Shown: positions 18,158-29,094, counted from the first letter of the stretch. The stretch is 64,000 nt of DNA from an uncultured Methanoregulaceae archaeon (GCA_963705255.1 OY970061.1:1376001-1440000); one strand, 5' to 3'. Notes: a model not told the origin generated them from the sequence alone. Program-made: numbers and translations.

Positions 18158-18953
18158 TCACCGGAAAGGCACTATCGTGCTTGTCATGATCGCAACCGTG
18201 ATGCAGAGGCCCAGATAGACAGCGATTGACACAATTGCCGCTGGTTTCGGGGGATTCTGCTGACCGAGTAATTCCAATTTACCATCATAGCATCGCGAAT
18301 CCATTGCAATGACCAGGTCCTCGGCCTCTTTCCATGCCCTGATAAAGAGCATAGCGCCGAGCATGGCCATTGAATTGAGAGAGCGTTTGAATGTGGTATA
18401 TCCTTGCCGGATGGTCTGGGCATTGTGGATAGCGATTGTCTGGGCGATAAAGACGAAGATAAAATGGTAGATCAGCATGGAAAGATCGACCACAACGGGA
18501 GGAACCCGCAGTTTGTGCATGACAGAAAAGATCTCGATCATGGGAGTTGTCAGGGCAATGAAGAAGAGCCCGCACATCCCGCCAAAGGTCCGGACAAGTA
18601 CCGAGGGATGCAAGGTTCGCGGAGCCGGTCGTCACGGTCAGAGGGACATTGGCGAGGGTAAACGTCAGGATGGGTTGCCCGCCCCCGCTTAAAAACAATA
18701 TCACAATCACTGAACAAAACGCAAATATCAACGGTATGTGGAGGAGTTCGATATAGACCCGTACCGGTATTTTTGCAAACAGAAGGGTGATTGCAGAGAG
18801 TGTAATGAGGATAAAAAGCGGGGCCAGTGGGGCCGGAGAAGCAACACAGATGAAGATGGCACCCATACCGAGGATAAGTTTAAGATAGCAGTTTACGTCC
18901 CGTAAGGCATTTGCCTGGGCATAGTAATCCAGATTCTCTTCCATAAACGTCAT
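18158..18953 (-). CDS. cbiQ: ECF cobalt transporter T component (frameshift near 18610)
   Basis: Hydrophobic N-terminal ORF 18285..18953 joined to 18158..18613 with AQTIRQGY and AMDSRCYDG. Confidence 0.85.
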
Positions 18954-19005
18954 AATGATTACCTATACTCTGACGTCTTAAACGTCGGAAAATTGAAAAG
19001 ATGGA

Positions 19006-19332
19006 TTATGTAGGTTTTGCACTATCGCGTTTACCCCGGTAAAATCCGAAGAAGTATCCGATTACGAACGCTCCAAGACCTGACTGGATGCTGAAGAGCA
19101 GGGACTCGACTTCAGTGCTGGGCGGCGTCCAGATAGGCTGTATCCACGGAGTATATCCCGTGACCTCGATTGCAGCGCTGCCCATATCATCCGATCCCTG
19201 CCAGGTCTCCTGCCCGGGTTTGGCGGTTGCCTGGATAGTGGCATTATTTATGAGGAAGACCGCTGCAAAGATGACGATGAAGACCGCAAAGAGGATTTCA
19301 AGTCTGAACTTCATGAGTGTCTTGAAGTTCAT
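19006..19332 (-). CDS. cbiN: Cobalt transport protein CbiN
   Basis: WQGSDD, YTPWIQPIWTPPSTEVESLLFSIQ. Confidence 0.9.
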   Translation of the reverse strand: MNFKTLMKFRLEILFAVFIVIFAAVFLINNATIQATAKPGQETWQGSDDMGSAAIEVTGYTPWIQPIWTPPSTEVESLLFSIQSGLGAFVIGYFFGFYRGKRDSAKPT

Positions 19333-20027
19333 GCGAAATCCCCCATAATTTTCGAAACCTGCTCTTGTGTAAGCACCCTGAGTTTGACGAGAATATCGCC
19401 CCGGCTCTGGACGATGTATTTGAACACCATTGCGATAAGCAGGCCTTCAACGATCGCAAGAGGAACCTGCGTAACCGCATAAATTGCAAAGAAAGTCTCA
19501 AAGGAGATCAGGAACCCCCCGTGCGTTGCCGGGAATGCCGCTGCGAGCTCAATCGCCGTGATAACATAGGTAAAGAGATCCGCGACAAATGCGACGAGGA
19601 AGATATTTACGAATATGTTCAGGTTCACTGCCTTTGCCACCCGGTACACCGCATACCCGAGAAGCGGTCCCGCAATCCCCATCGAGAAAAGGTTGGCGCC
19701 AAGCGTAGTGATCCCTCCGTGGGCCATGAAAAGTGCCTGGAATATCAGCACGATCACGCTGAGAACAACGGTGATAAAAGGACCAAACAGGACAGTCGAT
19801 AACCCGGTCCCCGTGGGATGGGAACAGCTTCCCACGACAGGAGACGGCATCTTCAATGAGGATAAAAGGAAGATAAAGGCTCCTGACACTGCAAGCAGTG
19901 AGAGTGTGTCACGGTTTTCCTTAACCTGGCGATTCAGGAGATAAATCCCATAGACAAGGAACGGAGCTGATACGAGGTACCAGAAGACGCACCATTGCCA
20001 GGGCAGAAATCCTTCCATTATGTGCAT
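19329..20027 (-). CDS. cbiM: Cobalt ECF S component CbiM
   Basis: MHIMEGFLP N-terminus, SCSHPTG, AHGGITTLGAN. Confidence 0.95.
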   Translation of the reverse strand: MHIMEGFLPWQWCVFWYLVSAPFLVYGIYLLNRQVKENRDTLSLLAVSGAFIFLLSSLKMPSPVVGSCSHPTGTGLSTVLFGPFITVVLSVIVLIFQALFMAHGGITTLGANLFSMGIAGPLLGYAVYRVAKAVNLNIFVNIFLVAFVADLFTYVITAIELAAAFPATHGGFLISFETFFAIYAVTQVPLAIVEGLLIAMVFKYIVQSRGDILVKLRVLTQEQVSKIMGDFA

Positions 20028-20303
20028 AGTAATACAGGATCAACTTTACTTGCACTAACTAAATAAAACTTGCTTGTCGGGTGCGTGATCCTTTTTAAAG
20101 ACCGGTCCGGACCGGAGGTGCCACCCGCAGGAAGGCGCGTTCAGCGCGTCCTGTCGGATCCCCGCACGCTATTTCATTGCATGCCAATCTGATCACCATG
20201 AAGCTGACCGGGCCCGGACAGAAAAAAACCGGCATGACCCCTAAGAAACTTCAGAACACTCTTCCAGCGGGTTCCACCGAGCCGAAGAAATCATAACGCC
20301 GGC

Positions 20304-21248
20304 TTAACCGGAGATCCCCGCACCGTAATGGTGCGGTCCCGGGTGGACGACCTCAATCAGCGACCGTTCGAAGATCTCTTCTTCCCTGACGGGCCGCGAA
20401 ATGTACCCGAGCGATTGCAGGGTCTGTACAAATTTCATCGTGGATACGATGTATTCCGGTGGCAGGGCAGCGCAGTACTTCGGCGAGATATGGTAAGTCT
20501 CCAGCACAAAATCCGGGTCGACCATGCCGGTGGTTTCTGCGACGATACGGGCGGCAGCAGGTGATTCATTCCGGATCATCCCGCACGCGGCCTCGTGGGC
20601 TGACAGGAACCCAAAGAGCAGGTCCCGGTTCTCCAGCATCCGGCGCATGACCACGATCCCGTAGCTCGGGTTGAACGGCCAGAGACGGTCCGGGGGCACG
20701 ACGAGGCGTGCGCTGCCGTACCTGCGGGCGGTCACCGCGAGGGCGGGAGTACCAGCCGCAGCTGCAATCTCCCCCTGCTGGATGGCATCGGACAGAAAAT
20801 CGGCCCAGGGATAGTTCTTCACGGTGACATCATGAAACCCGTGCTCCCGCAGCAGCTCGTTCACGATGACATCGTGGATGGACCCTTTTGGCGGAGTGCC
20901 GATCGCTTTGCCTGAGAACTGGGAGAGAAAATCCGGCATGCCAGAGCACTCACCAAGCGTGCGAATCCCGGCGCCGGCTATCATGACCGTCCCTTCCACA
21001 TGCCCTCCCGCGATACAGGCGAGGGAGAGGCCGCGGTCGATCCCGATGATCACCGGTGGAAGCCCGATATACCCGAGATCGATAGTCCCGTTCTGCATCG
21101 CGTTGATGATATCCGGCCCGGACGGGAAGAGCGCCCACGTGGCCGCAAGACCCTGGCGTTCCAGCAGGTCCGTTCCGCGAAGCAGGAATGCGGTATGGTA
21201 CATCGTCGAGAGGTGGCCAATTCTGATCTTTGCGGGTTCCTGTGGCAT
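20304..21248 (-). CDS. SsuA/NMT1(THI5)-like substrate-binding-fold protein without signal peptide
   Basis: IRIGHL, FPSGPDIINAM..G.IDLGYIG.PP, GKAIGTPPKGSIHD. Confidence 0.8.
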   Translation of the reverse strand: MPQEPAKIRIGHLSTMYHTAFLLRGTDLLERQGLAATWALFPSGPDIINAMQNGTIDLGYIGLPPVIIGIDRGLSLACIAGGHVEGTVMIAGAGIRTLGECSGMPDFLSQFSGKAIGTPPKGSIHDVIVNELLREHGFHDVTVKNYPWADFLSDAIQQGEIAAAAGTPALAVTARRYGSARLVVPPDRLWPFNPSYGIVVMRRMLENRDLLFGFLSAHEAACGMIRNESPAAARIVAETTGMVDPDFVLETYHISPKYCAALPPEYIVSTMKFVQTLQSLGYISRPVREEEIFERSLIEVVHPGPHHYGAGISG

Positions 21249-21251
21249 GGT

Positions 21252-21740
21252 TCACCCTATCTTTTTCGCGACCGTGGTGATCGCTTCGCTGACCACGGAG
21301 AGTTCCGGGCGGAGCATCCCGACGGGGATATCCACGATCTTCTCGACAATGGAAGCGAGGATAGGTGCGCAGACGATCCCGGATGCCCCGTCTTTTTCCG
21401 CACGGGCCGCCGCGATGATGCACTCCTCAAGGGAATTTGCGGAATATCCCCGGATCCTGAAGCTCTTCCCGTTGACGTCCGTCTCGCGGACTTCAAGGTT
21501 GTCGAGCAGGAACCGGGCGGCGATGATCGCGATGAACCGGTCGTGCCCGGGTTCGAGGACCGAGACAATTTTTTTTATCGTCGAGAGGCGCGGGTCCCGT
21601 TCGCCAGCCGTAACCTTGTAGAGCGTCGAGGCAGGGATGCCGGTCAGCTCTGCAAGGTCCCTGACGGTCAGGTTCTTCCGCTCCAGCTCCTCGTTCAGCG
21701 CTGTGGTAAAGTCGGTCTCGAAAATCCTCTTTGACAGCAT
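21252..21740 (-). CDS. XRE-family HTH transcriptional regulator with C-terminal effector-like domain
   Basis: LTVRDLAELTGIPASTLYKV..GERDPRLST. Confidence 0.85.
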   Translation of the reverse strand: MLSKRIFETDFTTALNEELERKNLTVRDLAELTGIPASTLYKVTAGERDPRLSTIKKIVSVLEPGHDRFIAIIAARFLLDNLEVRETDVNGKSFRIRGYSANSLEECIIAAARAEKDGASGIVCAPILASIVEKIVDIPVGMLRPELSVVSEAITTVAKKIG

Positions 21741-21843
21741 ATTAACCCTTAAGTGATACTCTGAAGATTATAATTGTTACTATAAGGATAATTATTTTGC
21801 CAAATTGGAAAATTATATCAGCACGGGTACAATCATACTGAGT

Positions 21844-22647
21844 ATGCAGAGCGTTCAGTTTTCCGAACTTACGATCCTTCCCGGCGCCGACCGTTGCGGG
21901 GAGAAAGAGGGGTTTGATCGGATAACCCTCCGCCCGGGGGACACGGTCTCCATCGTAGGGTCGACCGGTTCGGGAAAATCGGCATTCATCAACGATATCG
22001 AAGTGCTTGCCCAGAAAGATACCGTCACCGGCCGTTCCATCCTGATCAATGGCGCTCCCCCGGCCGATGACATGGTCCGCGATCCCGCAAAAAAACCCAT
22101 CGCCCTCATCACCCAGAATACCCGCGTGATTGCCGACCTGACGGTAGAACGGTTCCTCGCACTTCACATACGGGCACGGGATTCCGACGCCCAGGAGCTC
22201 ATCACCCGTACGGTTGCGCTTGCCAATGAATTTACCGGGGAGAAGATTGACAAGGCCATGCGGATGACATCCATCTCCGGCGGCCAGACCCGCTCACTCC
22301 TCATCGCTGACGCCATCATGATCGGCCAGACCCCCATCCTGCTCCTCGATGAAGTGGAAAACGCCGGCATCTTCAAGGAGAAAGTCATCCGCTGCCTGAA
22401 ACATTACAACAAGGCGGTTATTTTTGTCACCCACGATCCCCTGCTCTCCCTGATCACCGACCGGAGGATCGTCATGAAACGCGGGGCAGTCGTGAGCGTC
22501 CTCGAACCAAAGGACGCTGAAAGGGAGATGATCACCCATATCTCCGGCATCGATGCATTCCTCGTGGATCTCCGCGAAAAGATACGGGCCGGGGAACTGA
22601 TCAGCGAAGATATCCTGGCACGGGACATGACGGTCATCCCTGCATGA
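21844..22647 (+). CDS. ABC-type ATPase without adjacent permease
   Basis: GSTGSGKS, ISGGQ, LLDEVEN, VTHDP. Confidence 0.85.
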   Translation: MQSVQFSELTILPGADRCGEKEGFDRITLRPGDTVSIVGSTGSGKSAFINDIEVLAQKDTVTGRSILINGAPPADDMVRDPAKKPIALITQNTRVIADLTVERFLALHIRARDSDAQELITRTVALANEFTGEKIDKAMRMTSISGGQTRSLLIADAIMIGQTPILLLDEVENAGIFKEKVIRCLKHYNKAVIFVTHDPLLSLITDRRIVMKRGAVVSVLEPKDAEREMITHISGIDAFLVDLREKIRAGELISEDILARDMTVIPA

Positions 22648-23351
22648 AACTCGTCATCGTTGCCGGACCGCCGAGTGCGGGGAAGACCGCGGTGATCCGG
22701 CAGATCGTCCGGGAATTTTTAACGACACGGAACCCGGTATTCCTGAAGATCGATGTTGTCCGGGCATTCGAGGACGACGAACTCAGGGAGGAGTTCGGTA
22801 TCCCGGCACGGAAAGTCTACTCCGGCGATCTCTGTCCCGACCATATGGGCATCATGATCATGCGGGACGCGATAAGCTGGGCAGAGGGCCTCAATGCCGG
22901 TATCCTCATCATTGAAAGTGCCGGGCTCTGCCTCCGCTGTACCCCCTACACGACCCAAGCATTCGGCATTGCCGTGCTCTCAGCGATCTCCGGCAGCAAT
23001 TCCCCCCTTAAGATGGCCCCCATGATCGCCCTTGCCGATGTGGCGGTGGTGACCAAGACAGACCTCGTCTCCCAGGCGGAGAAGGAAGTGTTCCGGGAGT
23101 GCATCAGGATGGTCACGCCAGGCATCGATATCATCGAGACCAACGCAATCCAGGGAACAGGTATGCGGTACCTGATGCGGGCTGTCGCGGCATATCCGGA
23201 TATTGCCGATGCAGCCACGATCACCCTGAGAGGGACCCCGCCCCTCGGGGTCTGCACGATCTGTATCGGGAAAAAAGAGATCGGGTGGCAGCACCACTTC
23301 GGCGTGATCCGGCCGCTGGAAGAGGCTGACAATATCTACCGGGGTGACTGA
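22644..23351 (+). CDS. HypB/UreG (G3E)-like GTPase
   Basis: GPPSAGKT, LCPDH, IESAGLCLRC, TKTD; ATGA overlap with upstream gene. Confidence 0.85.
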   Translation: MKLVIVAGPPSAGKTAVIRQIVREFLTTRNPVFLKIDVVRAFEDDELREEFGIPARKVYSGDLCPDHMGIMIMRDAISWAEGLNAGILIIESAGLCLRCTPYTTQAFGIAVLSAISGSNSPLKMAPMIALADVAVVTKTDLVSQAEKEVFRECIRMVTPGIDIIETNAIQGTGMRYLMRAVAAYPDIADAATITLRGTPPLGVCTICIGKKEIGWQHHFGVIRPLEEADNIYRGD

Positions 23352-23353
23352 CC

Positions 23354-23968
23354 ATGGCATGGGTCCCCCCGGGCAGGGACTGCGGGGCCTGCGGCCTGCC
23401 GAGCTGTGACGAGTTTGTCAGGGCGGTCAGGGAGAAGAACAAGACCAACGAGGACTGCACGTTTTACACGATCTGCCAGGGTGCACATGGTGAAAAGACG
23501 ACCTATACCGGAACCGATGTAACCGGCGCAAAATATGACTTCGTCCTCCGGGCTTTTCCCGGTGAACCTTCGGCACGCAAATTTATCGTCCCGTTCCGGG
23601 CGGATCTTGTGGAGAGATGGGACATTCAGAAGGGTGACCTCGTAACCGGCCGTCCTGCCGGACCCGGCTGCCCGGTCTATCACGCGCTCAGGGTACTCTC
23701 TGCCAACCCGGTCACGGGAGTCCTGGAGTGCCATACGGTCGGCCCGCTGGAAGCGCGGAAGGAAAAACCTCACGACGTGCAGGCCTACCATGTCCACGCG
23801 TTCGAGGGGATTGCCGAGACGATCGTCCGTCCGCCGACCCTCGGCCTCCGCCAGCGGTTCCTTCCCGGCTACTGCATGATGGACCTCTCCCATACCGCCG
23901 TGGTAAACATGGTATTGAAGAAGGAGGAGGGCACGCATGTCCGCCTTGAAGATATCAGGATCCTGTGA
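23354..23968 (+). CDS. Fe-S cluster-binding protein
   Basis: PPGRDCGACGLPSC...C N-terminal motif; GCPVYH, YCMM..H. Confidence 0.8.
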   Translation: MAWVPPGRDCGACGLPSCDEFVRAVREKNKTNEDCTFYTICQGAHGEKTTYTGTDVTGAKYDFVLRAFPGEPSARKFIVPFRADLVERWDIQKGDLVTGRPAGPGCPVYHALRVLSANPVTGVLECHTVGPLEARKEKPHDVQAYHVHAFEGIAETIVRPPTLGLRQRFLPGYCMMDLSHTAVVNMVLKKEEGTHVRLEDIRIL

Positions 23969-23977
23969 GCACGTTCC

Positions 23978-25252
23978 ATGATACCCAAGTACCGGGTCAG
24001 GTGCGTTGCCGGGAACGAGATCGTGGATGACATCTCCCTCCTCTCCTGCCCGCACCGGCATGATTCGCTGCTCCGGACCGAGTACAGCACCCGGAAACTC
24101 CGGCTCGCACCCCACAAAGGCATGTACCGCTACCTGGCATGGCTGCCGGTCAGCGCCCCGCTCCTCCCGTCGGGTGGGCCGGTCACGTTCACGGACCCGG
24201 GACTCTCCCGCGAGCTCGGGCTCCCGGGCCTCTCCATCTCGTTCTCCGGTTATTTCCCCGAGCGTGGGGCGGACCTCACGACCGGTTCCTTCAAGGAACT
24301 TGAGGCATCGCCCACCATGCAGCGGCTGCAGGAACTGGGCGGTAAGATCCCGGTGATCGCCTCGGCCGGCAATACCGGCAGGGCCTTTGCGGAACTCTCG
24401 GCACGGTGCAGGCGGCCGGTCGTCATTGTGATCCCGGAGAAAGCGGTTTCCCGGCTCTGGACCACGGAGCCGGCGCAGGATATCTTCCTTGTCGCTGTGA
24501 GAGGAGACTATTCGGATGCGATCGCGGTCAGCACAACCCTCGCCGCAGTCCCCGGGTGCATACCGGAAGGCGGGGCGAAGAACGTGGCCCGGCGGGACGG
24601 GATGGGCACGGTGATGCTCGATGCCGCCGCGACCACCGGCAGGATCCCTGGTCACTATTTCCAGGCGGTGGGGAGCGGTACCGGGGCGATCGCCGCGTGG
24701 GAAGCCGCGATACGGCTCATCCGCGACGGCTCATACGGGCAGCAGCTGCCCCGGCTCCACCTGGCCCAGAACGAGCCCTTTACACCGATGGTCTCGGCCT
24801 GGGCGGCACACCGGCGCGAGATCGTCCCCGCGGAGGATATGCCCGACGCGGCGGAGAGTATCGGGAAGGTCATGTCCGATGTGCTGACGAACCGGAACCC
24901 GCCGTACGGTGTCCGCGGTGGTCTCTTTGACGCTCTGCAGGAGACGCGTGGACGTATGTACGGCGTCACGAATGAGGAGGGGGCGGATGCGGAGAAGCTG
25001 ATCCGGGAGACCGTGGGGATCGATCCCGATCCCGCGGCTGCCATCGCCACCGCAGCGCTCGTACAGGCAGTGGAAAAAGATATCATCGGCCCCGGCGACC
25101 ATATTCTCCTGAACCTGACGGGCGGCGGATACGAGCGGATCCGGGAAGATTTTACGCTCTACCCGATCAGCCCTTCCGCCACGGTCTTTCCGGGTGAATC
25201 GCGGGACGAACTCGTGGCCGGGCTCAGGGAGTGGATCTCACGCTATGGATGA
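23978..25252 (+). CDS. Cysteate synthase (threonine synthase-like, coenzyme M pathway)
   Basis: TGSFKELEA PLP lysine, ASAGNTGRAFA, EGGAKNVARRDGMG, QAVGSGTG; directly upstream of comDE. Confidence 0.9.
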   Translation: MIPKYRVRCVAGNEIVDDISLLSCPHRHDSLLRTEYSTRKLRLAPHKGMYRYLAWLPVSAPLLPSGGPVTFTDPGLSRELGLPGLSISFSGYFPERGADLTTGSFKELEASPTMQRLQELGGKIPVIASAGNTGRAFAELSARCRRPVVIVIPEKAVSRLWTTEPAQDIFLVAVRGDYSDAIAVSTTLAAVPGCIPEGGAKNVARRDGMGTVMLDAAATTGRIPGHYFQAVGSGTGAIAAWEAAIRLIRDGSYGQQLPRLHLAQNEPFTPMVSAWAAHRREIVPAEDMPDAAESIGKVMSDVLTNRNPPYGVRGGLFDALQETRGRMYGVTNEEGADAEKLIRETVGIDPDPAAAIATAALVQAVEKDIIGPGDHILLNLTGGGYERIREDFTLYPISPSATVFPGESRDELVAGLREWISRYG

Positions 25253-26387
25253 AGGCCAGGTCATCGCCGAATTAAAAAGCCGGAGGATCGATCTCGTCTC
25301 TGCAATCCCCTGCGACAAGGCACGGGGACTCTTCTTCCGGCTCCCGGAAGAATTCCGGCACATCGGCCTCACCCGGGAAGAAGATGGCGTGGGGATCTCC
25401 GCAGGGGCATTCCTCGCGGGGGCCCGCCCCCTGATCGCACTCCAGAGTTCCGGCCTCGGGAACATGCTGAACGCGATCCTCTCCCTCACGACCACGTACG
25501 GCCTCCCGCTCCCGATCCTCGCCAGCTGGCGGGGAGGGGAGGGCGAGACCATCCCGGCACAGGTCCCGTTCAACCGCCCACTCCCCCGCATCCTCTCGGC
25601 CGCAGGGATCCCCTTCACCATCCTTTCGGGCCCGGACAATCCCCGGGAGATTGGTGATGCCATCTCCTCCGCCTATGAAAAACGGTCGCCCCACGTGATC
25701 CTTGTCCCGCCCGGATGCATCGGGGAGAACACCTGTACTGCGGGTTGTGCAGTTCCCCGGGGCCCCCGACCATCGAAGGTCTGCTATGAAAGGAACTGGC
25801 GGGCACCGCTGATGACCAGGTTCGATGCCATCCGGACGATCGCTTCACGCATGGAGGAAGAGGTGCTGGTCTCCAATATCGGTGTGCCCTCAAAAGAGTT
25901 GTATGCCGCACGGGACCGGCCCGGAAATTTCTACATGCTGGGAAGTTACACCCAGGCTTCGGCAATCGGGCTTGGCATTGCCACGGTCAGGCCGGAGAAG
26001 CGGGTTATTGTGCTGGACGGCGACGGGAGCCTGCTTGGTTCCTCCATCCTTCCGGTGATCGGGGCAGCCGCACCGGAAAATCTCACGATCGTCGGCCTTG
26101 ACAACGGGGTCTTCGGCAGTACCGGCAACCAGCCGCGCCCGGGGTGCGACACGGTTGACCTCGCCCTCATGGCAACTGCCGCAGGTTTCAACCAGAGCAT
26201 CACTGTCCACGAACCCCGGGAACTGGAAGCGGCCATCGGGTCTTCTGCCCGGGGCGGGCCTTCCTTTATCCATGCCCGGATACAGCCCGGGAACCGCGAT
26301 GTGCCGAATATCCCGCTCAGCCCGGAACGGATCCGGGACCGGTTCATGACAGCACTTGAGACAGCCCACGGTCATACGAACCAGTGA
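25245..26387 (+). CDS. comDE: Sulfopyruvate decarboxylase, fused alpha/beta
   Basis: TREEDGVGISAG, QSSGLGNMLNA; VSNIGVPSKEL, NFYMLGS, DGDGSLL...LDNG TPP motif. Confidence 0.9.
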   Translation: MDEGQVIAELKSRRIDLVSAIPCDKARGLFFRLPEEFRHIGLTREEDGVGISAGAFLAGARPLIALQSSGLGNMLNAILSLTTTYGLPLPILASWRGGEGETIPAQVPFNRPLPRILSAAGIPFTILSGPDNPREIGDAISSAYEKRSPHVILVPPGCIGENTCTAGCAVPRGPRPSKVCYERNWRAPLMTRFDAIRTIASRMEEEVLVSNIGVPSKELYAARDRPGNFYMLGSYTQASAIGLGIATVRPEKRVIVLDGDGSLLGSSILPVIGAAAPENLTIVGLDNGVFGSTGNQPRPGCDTVDLALMATAAGFNQSITVHEPRELEAAIGSSARGGPSFIHARIQPGNRDVPNIPLSPERIRDRFMTALETAHGHTNQ

Positions 26388-26659
26388 TGGTATCCGGCCA
26401 GAGCCCTGGCAGGGAAAATTTCGGCGATATCAGCATCTGTCCCCTGAAAAATTCCGCGCGGTCACACGTTTTTATATAAACAATAGCTGGAAGTACTTTT
26501 CCACCCTGAGAGATTTTTTCGTCATATTTTTCTGTTTCATCAGATCCCCGGGACCACCATGGTTTTCAATGGGCATAAATACTCAAAACCAGCACGCTGG
26601 TAATGCGAATGCTCCGTACTCCAGGGTCAGGGGCATATCTCCAGAAAGGCGGTCACGTT

Positions 26660-29094
26660 ATGACCACAGGCACCATTCAGTCCATGATCAGAAAGCAGAT
26701 CAAACCGGCAATCGTCATTTTTTTGCTCCTCACGCTTGTCACGGGTATCGTATATCCCCTGTTTGTCACCGGCATCGCACAAGTGATCTTTCCTGTACAG
26801 GCCAACGGGAACCTGATCCAGCATAACGGCAATGTCGCAGGTTCTGCGCTGGTAGGCCAGCCCTTCAGTTCCCCGGAATACTTCTGGGGCCGCCCCTCGG
26901 CAACGTCACCATTCCCCTACAATGCCGGAGCATCGACAGGCTCGAATCTCGGGCCGAACAACCCTGCACTCATCGATGCCGTGAAGGCCCGCGTCGATGC
27001 CCTCCACGCCGCAGATCCGGGGAATACGCAGGCGATTCCCGTGGACCTGGTCACGGCATCCGCAAGCGGCCTTGACCCGGACATATCTATCGCTGCCGCC
27101 GAGTACCAGGTTCCCCGCATCGCACGGGAACGGAACCTGAGCGAACAGGATGTCCATGCGCTGGTCGCGCAGCAGATCGAACCCCGTCAGTTCGGTATCT
27201 TCGGGGAGCCACGGGTCAACGTCCTCTCCCTGAACCTTGCGCTCGACGACCTCAGTGCAGGGCGCATCACAGTCTCATCGCAGCCATTGTCATGGTCCAC
27301 CCAGCTCCAGATATATTTCCAGACCCCGATGCTCGGCATGCGCATGTCAGACTGGCTCCAGCTGATCCTCTTCATCGTCATCATCGCTTTCTGCGTTGTC
27401 CCCCTTGGGGTCTGGATGGCGAAGGTATTTACCGGCAAGCCCAATTTCCTGACACCGTTGAGCGGCTTTGTCGAACAGAAATTCCTTGCACTGGGAGGTG
27501 TGGACGGGACTGAGGAGATGGACTGGAAGGAGTTTGCCATTGCCCTCATGGTCTTTACGGTCCCCTGCATTCTTGTCGTATTTCTCCTCCAGATCTTCCA
27601 GCAGTTCCTGCCGCTCAATCCTGCCGGGCTCGGGCCGGTGCCCTGGGACATCTCCCTGAACACCGCAGTCAGTTTTACCACCAACACAAACTGGCAGGCC
27701 TATGTGCCGGAAGTCACGGTCAGTTACCTCACCCAGATGGCCGGGCTCGCCGTCCAGAACTTCATATCGGCAGCAAAAGGCATCGCCGTGCTGATAGCAC
27801 TCATCTTTGCTTTCTCCCGGCGTTCGGGCACCACCATCGGCAACTTCTGGGTACTCCTCATCCGGAGCGTCATGATCCTGCTGCCAATCTGCCTCGCGAT
27901 CGCACTCGTGCTGGTCTGGCAGGGCGTCCCCCAGACCTTCAGCGGCCCGGTCACGGTCCCGCTCCTCGACCCGGTGAACGACAGTAACGGGGTTCTTGTC
28001 ACCACGCAGACGATCCCGCTCGGGCCTGTGGCATCCCAGATCGCGATCAAGCAGCTGGGCACGAACGGGGGAGGTTTCTACAACGCCAACTCCGCCCACC
28101 CGCTTGAGAATCCCACGCCGTTCTCGAACTTCCTCGAAACCCTCGCTATCCTCTTCATCCCTACGGCGCTCTGTTACACGTTCGGGAAGATGATCGGTTC
28201 GGGGCGCAAAGGGGTAGCCCTGCTGATGGCAATGACCATCATCTTCCTGCCGCTTGCCGGTATCGCGATCGCGTCCGAGCTGGGCGGGAACCCGGCATTC
28301 AGTGCACTGGGAATCGACCAGGACCCCGGGCATGCGCAGCCGGGAGGGAACATGGAGGGCAAGGAAGTGCGGTTCGGGATCGTCCCGTCGGCATTCTTCT
28401 CCGTGGTAACAACGGTCACTTCCTGCGGGGCGGTCGACTCGATGCATGATTCCTATATGCCGCTTGGCGGGTTGGTCCAGCTCTTCGATATCCAGCTGGG
28501 AGAGGTGGTATTCGGCGGCGTGGGTTCGGGACTTTACGGCATGCTCGTCTTTGCCATCATCGCCATGTTCATTGCCGGCCTGATGGTCGGCCGGACCCGG
28601 AACTCTATGGCAAGAAGATCGAACAGAACGAGATGAAGCTCTCCACCATCATCATCCTGGTCCCGATCTTCCTGATCCTCACTTTCACAGCTATTGCAGT
28701 AATGACGGCCGCGGGCCAGGCCGGGGCGTTCAACCCGGGACCGCACGGGTTCTCAGAAATCCTGTACGCCTTCTCCTCCACATCCCAGAACAATGGCAGC
28801 GCTTTTGCCGGGATCAATGCCGACAGCCTCTTCTATAACCTCGCAGGGGCATTCGCCATGTTCGTGGGACGGTACCTCGTGATCATCCTGACCCTTGCCC
28901 TTGCCGGTGCGCTCGTCACCAAGAAGATCGTTCCGGTCAGCGGAGGCACCCTGCGGGATCACCGCCCGCTCTTCATCATCTGGCTGGTGTTTGTCATCCT
29001 CATTATCGGGGGCCTGAGTTTCCTGCCCGCCCTTTCCCTTGGGCCTGTTGCAGAATTCCTGAATATGGCCGCGGGAGGAATGATCCATGTCTGA
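26660..29094 (+). CDS. kdpA: KdpC-KdpA fusion, K+-transporting ATPase (frameshift near 28600)
   Basis: KdpC ([29 protein letters not shown]) in frame with KdpA ([32 protein letters not shown]). Confidence 0.9.

Noticed and set aside
20028-20300. Cobalamin riboswitch or NikR operator upstream of cbiM
   Set aside because: No B12-box consensus seen; only a half-site-like GTATTAC near the start.
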